Assembly: GCA_038087875.1 (NCBI GenBank)
Contig: CM075993.1
Coordinates: 4,714,001-4,774,000, forward strand
Direction: 5' to 3'
DNA: 60,000 nt
Source: Malacoraja senta
Lineage: Eukaryota
Under the pieces are notes generated by a model. That model worked only from the letters and a program-made list of their open reading frames with translations, was not told the DNA's origin and made no database searches. Positions 24,401 to 36,400 of the stretch are shown piece by piece. Position 1 is the first letter of the stretch. Every line of letters begins with the position of its first letter. A program made the translations under genes and the position numbers.

Positions 24401-27400
24401 GCTGGAAAATCGAAGGTACACAAAAATGCTGGAGAAACTCAGCGGGTGCAGCAGCATCTATGGAGCGAAGGAAATAGGCAACGTTTCGGCCCGAAACCTT
24501 GCCTATTTCCTTCGCTCCATAGATGCTGCTGCACCCGCTGAGTTTCTCCAGCATTTTTGTGTACTCCCTCCTCAGTTCCTGGTTGTATTTAACACCACTT
24601 GTTTGTCCCTTTGTTTGTTTCCTCTCCAACTATCTTCTTTAATCGACTCACCAGGCAGCTCTGCAAACATTGGAGTTAACTTAGCAATCCTGGACTCACC
24701 TGAACAGAGACACTCTCTTTGCACTCTCTGTCCCATCTGTTTCTTTTTAACTGCAGTCATGCCCTTCACTATCTGGTTCTCAACTCTTCACTCAACCTTC
24801 CCAAGTAAAACAAAGTTATGGCCAATCAGAACCATATTGTCGTTATAAAGACCTGAATCATTCAACTAAAATAACTTCAGTCGTTTGACGATGACATGGC
24901 CAAAGCACAAATGTGAACAAATATTTAATTCCTCCATTGGATTTGCTTTTTCTGTGCTAAATGGAGAGAAAATGAGCCTTGCGCCCTTAACATAATATCA
25001 AGGGGAGGAAAATGGCATGGTGTGGTTAGAAGAGAGCTATTTTGTATGGGAACAATTAATCCATACAAACATTGTATTCCAGACACCTTAAAATGTTATT
25101 TGTTATATATTTTGACAGAATTTTCTATCGTGCCACAAAGCCAATCTTCAGTCAAAGTAAATGATAAGGAAATAACAATGAATCTATTCAATGCCCCAAG
25201 GTTTCATTTTAATTCTGCTAGTAATTCAACTTATAGGAATGTTCTCGCAACAGACAAAATCAGATATATTACTTGAGTACTGTCATGCGAATAGCCTCAA
25301 TTTTTCCCCACAGTAAATTCAGGATGATCTCATCACTGATAGTGTTACAGGGATGTTCCCTAAGAAACACTCAAACTGTAACAATGAAAAGGACGTTATA
25401 CTAGTTGCTAATATCTCAAATAACTTTTCAGTACATCTCTGCTCATCGCATCTATTGCTACTCTCTGCAAAGTATGCTGGAATAAATCACGTTGACAAGC
25501 AATAGTTAATTATTCACCACAGTGATATATATTCAATAAAAGATGAAGAAAAAGCGAGGAACAGTGAACAGACAAACTATTATTCAAAATGTGTATTCTT
25601 CACATAATTTGATGTGTGGCATCCAGTAAAATTCTGGACACCGTTCTTTTGTGAAAGATGTAAAAGCTTAAGAGAGGGTGAAGTAAAGAATTAGTAAAAC
25701 GCTCCTTGGGATGACATCTTTGGTTGTGAGAATAGGCTAGGTTTAAGAAGGAACTGCAGATGCTGGAAAATCGAAGGTAGACAAAAGTGCTGGAGAAACT
25801 CAGTGGGTGCAGCAGCATCTATGGAGCGAAGGAAATAGGCAATGTTTCGGGCCGAAACCCTTCTTCAGACACTAGAGACACTGGGGTTGCTTTCCTTGGT
25901 TGACGATTGCAAGGGAATCTGATGAAAATATCTAAAATAATGAATGATATAGGCAAAGTAAATGGAAAACAACTGCTCTCACTGACAGAACTAAGAACCA
26001 GTGGATATAGATATGTCCACAGTGAGTTCAACAGCAACACCAAACTGAGCCAAAATTCCCACTGCCATTGTTTTAATGGTGGAATCAGTTATTTTTACAA
26101 TCCCTGGATATGGTACTCAAGAGTACCATGGAAACTAGGACCAGCTAGAAAACCTTATCACTGCATCAGAAAATGCAGGAAATACTTAGTGAGAAGGGGA
26201 ACGGAGTTAATGTTTCAGGTCAGAGAGCCTTTGTCAGGATTGGGGAAGCAAAAAAAGAAACTTATTAAGCTGAGGGTGGATGGAGGAGGAGAGATTTTTT
26301 TATTAGGGTAGTCATGAGATAAACAGCAAACAGGTTCTCTGGTCAATGAGTGAATGGAAGTACTTGGAGAGTGAGAATATGGGCAAAAGAAAAGTTAATT
26401 GCATAGTGCAAAGCAGAATAACATGCCCCACAGGTCAGGAAAAGGGTAAATAAGTGGATAAAACAGTCAGCTATTCAATTTCCACAATGTTCTGCCCTTC
26501 ACATAACCATCTCTGACTCCTACCTTCCTTTTTTTTGTCTCTATCTATCTCAGGCGATGTTAGGTACGAACATCCATTACAGCCCACCGACTCCCACAGC
26601 TATATTGACTACTCTTGCTCCACCCTGCATCGTGCAAGGACTGTTTTCCATTCTCTCAGATCCTCCATCACAATAGTATTTTCTCTAATGATGAGACTTT
26701 CTGTCCAGGTCCCTGTAAAATTTTACCCTTCTTCCTGAACCGGGACTTCCCCTTTACCATCGTTGACAAAGCCCTTAACTGCAGATCATAATTTCTTGTG
26801 TTCTGCTCACACCCCCTCTCCTCTCCCGTACAGGACCAGAGAGAGTTCCCTTGGTCTTCACCTCCCATCCCACCAGCCTCAACGTTCAATTAATCATCTC
26901 CGTTATCTTCAAAGAGATTCCACAACCCAGAATCATCTTCCCCTTGTTCCCTTTCAGCGTTTTGTTGGGAATGTTTCCTTTAGCGACTCCCTGGTCCACT
27001 CATCTGTTCCCACCAACCACTACTTACATACTGCACTTTCCTTTGCTAATGGAGGTGATGCAACACTTGACCTCCCTTCTCTTCCCATCATCCAAGGACA
27101 TACACAGTCTATCCACATGACGCAACGATTCACTTATACTTCTTCCGAGCAAGTGTGTTGCATTCAGTATTCCCAATGTGGTGCTCACTACTTCAATAAC
27201 TAATGCAAATTGCATGACCGCCTTGTGGAGAACTTATGTTCAGTCTGCAGTAGTGATCCTGAGATTCCTAATGCCTGCCACTTTATAAACTTCCTTCCCA
27301 CTCCCACTCTGAACTATTGGTTTATAGTCTCCTATGCGGTTATAATAAGGCCCAATCCAAGCTTGAGGACTAGTACCACATCCATCCGACCACATTGCAG

Positions 27401-30400
27401 CCTTCTCGACTCAATGTTGAATTCTACAACCTCATATAACTAGGCACAGCTTGTTTGTTTTTTCTCACTTTATTTCACACCTGACTACTCTGCTTATCGC
27501 AACTCCTACATTCTCATCTTTCCTGTTGAAGAAAGAACTGCAGATGCTGGAAACATCGAAGGTAGACAAAAAATGCTGGAGAAACTCAGCGGGTGAGGCA
27601 GCATCTATCGAGACCCGAAACGTCGCCAATTCCTTCTCTCCATAGATGCTGCCTCACCCGCTGAGTTTCTCCAGCATTTTTTGTCTACCTTCTTATCTTT
27701 CCTATTCATTTGTCTATATTCTTACTCTTTCACCGTCCGCATTCACTCACTTTACAGTTTATCTCCAGTCACACCAGTTTTCCCCACATCAGATACCCAT
27801 TGCTCCCACACTTTCCATACAACTTAACAAGTTTCTCTCCGTCCCAGTTCTAGCGGTTTTAGACTTGAAATGTCAACGGTTCCTTTTCCTGTCATGACCT
27901 GCTATTTCTAGTATTTTCTGTTTTTATATTAGTTATCCAGCAGCTGATTTTTATCACACCATCAACCTACCCAATTTAGCAAGTGACGCAGCTTTCAGTT
28001 ATTTCTATTACAGTTACATGAAATCATGATTACAAATTCCTATTTTTAATCAAATGATCCCATGTTCTAAAGTAGTGGTTTACAACCATTTTAGGAATGA
28101 AAGCTTCATTTATTAATGCATTGTAAAATATACACTCCACCGCATTTACCTCCAATCATAAATGCCTAACAACATCACAGATCACTTTTTTAAGGCTCTG
28201 TAGTTAGTACCACCTCAGCTGGGACCATATTTAGCTTTATTTTTTTCTGTGAATTTTCTTACCAAATTACCTTAAAGTTATTGAAGCTTTGCTAACGCCT
28301 ATAATACCAGTATCATGCATCATAACTATCACCCCCACATGCAGTGATGCATCCTGGATTAGGAATTACTATTCCAAACATATTCAATCTTCAGTCTTCT
28401 GGAATCTTGTGTTTCAATATTGTCTTATAAATATATTTCCTATAATACTTTCCCGAGCTCCTTGGTTATTGGAGATTCAGAAAACAATAATTCCTGCAAT
28501 CTTCAAACGAACCAGCCCATAATAATTTCCTCATAACTGTGCGTGGGAGTTTGCTTTACAAAAAATAACTACAACAGTGTGTGCAAAGTTTGTTGAAAGC
28601 AGCAGGGCATGTTGAAAAAAAAAAAAGAGTAAGAGCATACAAGATTCTGGGCCTAATAATGGAGGTACAGTGGCGCAGGCTGGTGGAGCTGCTACTTCAC
28701 AGCGCCAGAGACACAGGTTCGATCCTGACCTCGGGTGCTGTCTGTGTGGAGTTTGCACGTTCTCCCTGTGACCGTGTAGATTTCTTCCGGGCGCCCCAGT
28801 TTCCTCCCACATCCCAAAGCTGTGCGGCTTTGTAGGTTAATTAGTCTTTGTAAAATTGCCTCTAGAGTGTAGAACAAGTGTGAACGGGTAATCAATAGTC
28901 GTTGTGGAGTCAGTGCACAGAAGGGCCTGTTTCCATGCCGCATCTCTAAACTCAACTAGCAAAGAGCACAAGAAGAAAGTAGGTGTTTGTAAAATAGTAG
29001 TTCAGCTGCTTAAGCATTGTAAGTTTGGAGTTTAAACATTGGAGTTTAGCTCGATTGTTCTTATATACAGCCGGTATTGACAGGACAGCTGAATAGTTAG
29101 TACAGTAACCCTTCTGTGAAACAAGGTAAAGGAGTAGACCATTCATCATCAAACATGTTCCACCCATTCAATTAGATTAACTCCATTCACTCGACTTGGG
29201 TCAGTGACCCTTACCTACTGAGCCTAAAAAATACCAATCTCAGTTGTGACCCACACAGCTCCTCACCTCTAACCTCAACAGATGTTTGGGGGAAGAACAA
29301 TGCAAACGTACCACTATCCTTTATGTTCAAATTCATTCCTTCCTGACATGACTCCCTCTCAAACTTCAACAATGCTGCACTTTGCATTTGATGGCTCAGA
29401 AAAGGCCAGAGAAAGCAAATGCCCAGTCAATTGCCCAGTCAAATGGTGGAGAGAAATTAATTTGCTGAAATTCCTCGCCTTCGACTGAATATTACCAAAA
29501 TCAGTTGACCTCCACATGAACTAGGAATCAGACTAACAATTTAACATCTCATCCATGGCACGGCGCCTCAGATCATGCAGGACTCGCACATTAGTTTAGA
29601 TTATAAGATGAAACATGATATGGGGCTTAAGTGTTCTGACCCAGAAGTGAAGGTACCACCAAATGAACCAGCCGGATACTTTCAATTTAAACTTATCTAC
29701 AGAGCACATTTCAAATTCACACAAATATCTTTATATTCTAAAACATCTTTAGCATAAATAAATTTGTGGTGTACACGTGCATATATAAATGAAATGCGAC
29801 ATGTCATAAAGCTAGAAGCAACCATATAAAACACGTCATAGTTAGCGTGTAACTTTTTTTTTTGCTTTTAAATAAATGTGGGATAATTCCATTAATAAAA
29901 AATAATTGAGAAAATGAGAGAGCATTTGTCATTAATTAACCTGACTTCTGTTACTTGTATTCACACATAGTTTCTTATCTGAAGCCCCTTAAATATACTT
30001 TCTAATGGCGCACAGAACCTGCAGCCTTTTTTAATTTGTAATAGTCTCGTAGACAATTAAATTGCAATTAATCTTCATATTTTAAATAGGCCTTCAAATT
30101 TTAGCATAGGTATTGGCAATTCCATCTTGAAGAGAGCCCGAGACTAAATTCTTGGTACTTAGCACTCATTAACCCATTAAATGACAATCCTCTAAAGAGC
30201 CAATTAGATGTACAAAAGGTCCACAGAGTATTAACAATTAGACCTTAAAGGATACAAATCAACGACAAATGCAGCTCAATAATATTCAAAGGTTGCTGTT
30301 TTATATTCATCACAGCTTCTACATGGCTTGGTCCTCAGGAACTTGGCGCAACCCAAAGTATGTTACAATAGTTCAGCAGTAATCTACACTAATTCCCCAC

Positions 30401-33400
30401 AAGGCAATAAAAGACTCATGTCGACTGGTTGGAGGCCTGAAAATTAGGTGTTCTATTAATAAAGGGGAGGCTTTCATTTTGCCAAGTACCAGAGGGCTTG
30501 TAAAGATTAATAATGTCTCCATCCTGTTCCATAATCTCCTCTGATTTCCTTTCAATTCTTTCCATCCCCCTCCCATACATTTGCAGACATGGTTTGAAAT
30601 GAAAACGTAGTTTACCACTGGCAATGTTGCTGCCCACATCTCTCATGCTTTTGCGAGGCTTGATCTCCATCTATTGAGACTAGAAACCTTCACAGGTTGG
30701 TTGTGGTAGAATGGAAAAACATTAAAGATCATGGATAGACACAAAAAGCTGGTGTAACTCAGCGGGTCAGACAGCATCTCTGGAGAAAAGAAATAGATGA
30801 CGTTTTGGGTCGAGACCCTTCTTCAGAAGAAGTCCTTTGCCTTCAGAAGAAGGTCTCGACCCGAATTGTCACCTATTCCCTTTCTCCAGTGATGCTGTAG
30901 GACCCGCTGAGTTACTTCAGCTTTTCATGTCTATCTCTGGTTCAAACCAGCATCTGCAGTTCCTTCTTACACATTAAAGATCATGGCTTGCAATTCAAGA
31001 AATAATGCACGATTAGCAACAAATATACATTCATTTCAAGGCACAAAGAAACAACAGAAAATGTGGTTCATCCATGGATTGCAAAGGAAATTAAATTCTA
31101 GGGAAAAGGATCATAAACCTCTGTTTCTTCAAGAAAAGGTAAAAGGATGTTGAAATTGTAAGACATTGTGATGGATATAACATGAATTTAATTTATAGCT
31201 AACTATTTTGCAGCAAACTCATAAATTCATGACCCATAAGATTTTGTGGGCATCACAGAATGCATTTAAGAATGACAAATAGAAAGGACAGTGAGATGGT
31301 GTTACACGGTTCATAAAATATGGGATTTGTACACACACAAAAGGAACAGGGCCAAGCGGAACCTAAAATAGAATTAGAATCGGTTTGGCTGTAGCTAAAA
31401 AGCAGCAGAGGACATAAAACACTAACAGGAGTTATATCAGCCTCCAAATAACAGTTCAGAAGTAGAGCATGGTAGGCACAAAGAAACAACAGAAAATGCG
31501 GCTCTTCCATGGATTGCAAGATAAATTAAATTCTAAGGAAAAGGATTATGAAGTTGCCAGCAGTTGAATATTGGGACCATTTTCTAATTCAACAAGATGA
31601 CCAGAAAAATAGAAAGAGTGAAGTGACAGTAAGCCAGCAAGATAAATAAAAACAGACTAAAAACTTTGGAAGGCATGGAAAAAGAAAATGACTAACAATG
31701 GCAAACTACCAGAGGGGCCCCTTACAGATGGAGGTGGGAGAATTTACAATGGGAAATAAATGATGGCATGGGAAATCAATACACTTTCTGAAGTATTGGA
31801 AAAGTAAGAATTCTTTGCCTATGAGGAAGTTCAAGAAATCAGTGTTATTAATTTCTCCAGTATATAATGAGCAATGATTTACATCCTAGAGTTTTGAAAG
31901 AGGTGTTTATGGAGTTGGTGGATACTCTAGTTATCATCTTTCAAAACATTATAGGTTCTGCAATGGTTCTTCCAGATTAGAGGGTAGCGAATGATCTTTA
32001 AGAAATGCAGGTGAGAAGACAACCTATTAGCTTGACGATGGGAGTGAGAAGAGTGCTGGAATCGATAATAAGGAAAATTATAACAAGACAATCAGTAAAT
32101 AATAAAAGCTCTCAGTCCACACCAATGTATTAACCCCATTTCCACATCCTTCAACCTTTTCACTAACCTCCTGTGCTAGACCTTATTAATAATAAACAAT
32201 ATGCTAATCAACTTCTCTACATCGGTGAGACCAGGAGCAGGCTTGCCGATCGTTTCACTGAACACCTCCGCTCAGTCCGTCTTAACCTACTTGATCTCCC
32301 GATGGCTGAGCACTTCAACTCCCCCTCCCATTCCCAATCTGACTTTTCAGTCCTGGGCCTTCTCCATTGTCAGAGTGAGGCCCAGCGCAAATTGGAGGAA
32401 CAGCACCTCATATTTTGCTTGGGTAGCTTACACCCCAGCAGTATGAACATTGATTTCTCTAACTTCAGATAGCCCATGCTTTCTCTCTCCATCCCCTTCC
32501 CAGTTCTCCCCCTAGTCTTACTGTCTCCAACTACATTCTATCTTTGTCCCGCCCCCTCCACGAACATCAGTCTGAAGAAGGGTCTCAACCGAAACGTCGC
32601 CCATTCCTTCTCTCCAGAGATACTCCAGCATTTTGTGTCTATAATCAAACACTTGACATCCAGTATAGCACAGAAATGGGGTCTTCAGCCCACAGACATT
32701 TTTGCCCATCTACACTAATCCTATTTGCCAGAAATTGGACAGTATCATTCTATGCCTTACTATTTAAGACTGTCTAAATTTCACATAGTAATTATATCCA
32801 CCACGCCCTCCAGCAGCATGTTGCAGACATCGACCAATCTATCTATGTGTAAAATAAAAATTCCCAAAAGATGTCCTTTAAATCATCTCCAAACTATGCT
32901 CATTTGATTTACTTTAGTCTGAAGAAAGGCCCCAACCCCGAAACATCACCTATCCATGTCTTCTAGAGATGCTGCCTGACCCACCGAGTTACTCCAGCAC
33001 TGTGTTCCATGCAAGTTTCCAGCATCTGCAATTTCTTATGTCCCCATCGGGGAAAAAAAATGAGGTTAGTTAAAATAAAACAGAAATGCTGAATATTTTA
33101 CAAATGATGGAAAATTGAGAAGTGATTATGCTCAAAGGGATTTGAGTGTTGTTGTGCACAAATAACTGAGAGCTAGCATGCAGTGGGCAACTGGTATGAA
33201 AAAAAATGCTTCGTTGCAAGAGGATTTGCGTACAAGATTAAAGATCATCATTGAGCACATTTTTATAATTACAAGAATTTTGTTTTGGAACTGTGATCAA
33301 CATGTGGTATTCAATCCCATTGATATTAGTTTGTCTGTTATGCTCTCCATATTACTTTACAGTCAATGTAAATATGTATGTATACAATATTAGAATATTA

Positions 33401-36400
33401 ATACATACAATTGTCTTAATATACTGCTTCAGTTTGCTTAAATTTGGGATAAAGAAGAAAAAGGCTGATCAAAAAAATGTATGTTCATCATAGTGAACTG
33501 GAAAAGGTCTAATAAAATAGCCATATTTGAAATATTTGACGAGCAGCCTGAAGATTATAGTTGAGTTCCAAAGTTTCTATTCTTTGCCCTGAATAATCTT
33601 TTGCCATTCTATATGCTGTTTTCAATTACAGCTGCAGGCATAAAATTAGATAATACAGGTATATAGGCGACACCGTCTTCCTCCTGACCATTTTCAAAGA
33701 GTCTTCTATGTATGGTGATGCCTTTACCTCACAAATCAATATGTGAACATCGTTTGGGATGTCAGAGGTAAAACTGCTGCATCAGAGGTTTAATTAAGAT
33801 GTTAATGCAAGTGAACGCTAAAGCTATCATAATAGTCATTTTTTTTAAGGAAAGGAAGACATTCCGATTGTCTTTGATTATCATTCATCCCCAATGAAAA
33901 ACATAAAACCAGGTTAATTGGCATTTCATACAAAACACATCCGAACATGAATTGGCTGAAGAAGGGGAAAAAGATGAAAAAAATGTGTGGACTTCATCCC
34001 AAAGTTCTGCACCAAAGAGAAATATTTAAATATAATATTATAAACACATGCATTAAAACAAATCTGCTGCTGCTGTGTCACTCAGCATTATTTCCATGCA
34101 AGCAGTCACTTCATTCTTTTCATACTCACATTTGAAAGCTCACTGGAAAGATCCATGTCAGGCCCCAGTCTGGGACTCTCCAATGGAGATGGTTCTTGCA
34201 CAGAAACAATTGGTGTCACTTCCACTTTCATATCCTCTGACTGGCATACATCTTTTGCTCGTTCAGTAGTGTCTGTCTCTTGCTGCCAGGACTTGTCTTG
34301 TACATTATCAGGCTGCACTGGATCCGTCGACATGTTTGCTGTGTACTAATGTAACATAATGCTCATTACAAGATGTTTCAGTAGGTCTGCAACTATTCAA
34401 AACATTACTATTGATCAAAATACAGAGATCTTTTGGCCCAACTCTCCAGAGTTAAAGCTGTACAAAGACAATTTGGATGTGCTTCCAATTAGATACTAAT
34501 TAGATTAGAAGCACCTAGTAAATGGGGAGATTTTGTTGCAGTTTGTAAAAGAGAAGGCAGCTGTACAGGAAAGTACTTACATGTAAAATAATACTTCTTT
34601 GTATTATAGAATCAATTAAAACAGCCTAGCTGTGGAATACACCCCATTCTCATACAAGACTGGATTTGTAGGTCTGGAAGTGGGATATAACTAATGCCAA
34701 GTACAAAATCTGGCCATGGATCTTTTTTTCCACAGAAGACGTAAACTAGTATTTGGCAAGCAATGGGAAATATATCTAGTATCTTGTACTTGCATGGAGG
34801 CACGGATGTAAAGCAGTTTAAAGCACAATACAAAGAATAAAATAAAAGGACACCGGGGCCAAAGAAGATTGGAAGGGGTGACTATGATCTGTGTTTTAGC
34901 GTACATATCAAAGTTGGAAATTGAAAGGATTGGGTTCCAGGAGGTAATTCCCCACCTGGCTTGCCAATAATAGGTTAGGGTTACATTTTCAATCCTGCCT
35001 GCCTACACCCGGAAAAATCAACAGGAAAGTCTATACCCAGTGTTAGATCTGCCACCTACAGCACACAAGCTGTGGCCTTTGGAGTTCCATTTTAAATACC
35101 CTTGAGGCGGCACCTGGTGGCAACCCAAGGGCACAATGAACCATCGGCTCCCACGGCGTCTTGGTGTGGGAGGCGCTAGTCACGGGGTCGGTACCTGAGT
35201 TGGTATTTAAGGCCGGGCAACGCCCGTGACCGAGAGGGAGTAGGGAGCTGTATTGGAGAGAATAAACACGTCTAGTGCACACAACTCGCGTCCGACTAGT
35301 TTTTGGCTGGACACCTGCGAGTCCCCGCTACACCCTTTTAAATACCATTACTGCATTTAAACTTGAATATGTGGCACGTTCCATTGTATGTATCTAAATA
35401 GTCAAAGATTGAAACTGAAAATGTACCAATGTTGATGGTCATGAGAAAGTAAGTAGTTAAATAGGAACCTTACCTTTGTCAATGTATCTGCTCATGTGGC
35501 ATTCATTGCCTCATAATGTCATGGATTATAATCAAAGAATTGCAAGCAAGATTGGCAACAATAAACCCGGGGCATCAAGATAATCGAGTGTAAACGAGAC
35601 AAAGTAAAAGGCAATATTGCGTGCTTCAACTTGAACTCTTATGGCCTGCTTACAACTGATAATGTATTGATCATGTTTAAGAAGGAACTGCAGATGCTGG
35701 AAAATCGAAGGTAGACAAAAGTGCTGGAGAAACTCAGCGGGTGAGGCAGCATCTATGGAGCGAAGGAAATAGGGAACGTTTCGGGTCGAGACCGTTCTTC
35801 AGACTGATGTGAGGGTGGTGGGGGGGGGGGTGGGGACGGGAAGAAGAAAGGAAGAGGCAGAGACAGTGGGCTGAGGGAGAGCTGGGAAGGGGAGGAGAAA
35901 GCAGGGACTACCTGAAATTAGAGAAGTCAATGTTTATTGTGTATCTATTTGTTGTGTTGTTGCGTTACTGTGCCTGTAAAAGCTGCAGTAAGTAAAATTC
36001 ATTATTCTATTCTTGGTGCATAAGACAATTAAACACAGTGATACAATATGGAAACAGGCCCTTTGGCACAATTTGTCAATGCCGACCAAGATGCCCCATT
36101 GACACTAGTCCCACCTGCCTGCGTTTGGCCCTTATCCATTTACTCTCCATGTACTTGTCTAAATACTTAAATGTTGTTATAGTACCAGGCTCAACTACCT
36201 CCTTTGGCAGCTCGTTCCATATACCCATCACCCTCTGTGTGAAAATGTTGTCCCTCAGGTTCTTGGTTCTTGGTTTCTTGGTCCTCCAAAATATTCCAAA
36301 TGGAATTTAAACTGGAGGTGGTGGAGGGAGGACTTTAGCCAGAAAGGGTTTTTGGGAAGAAAGAGCTACCTTAAATTTAGTTGCATCTGGTTGGGTAACT

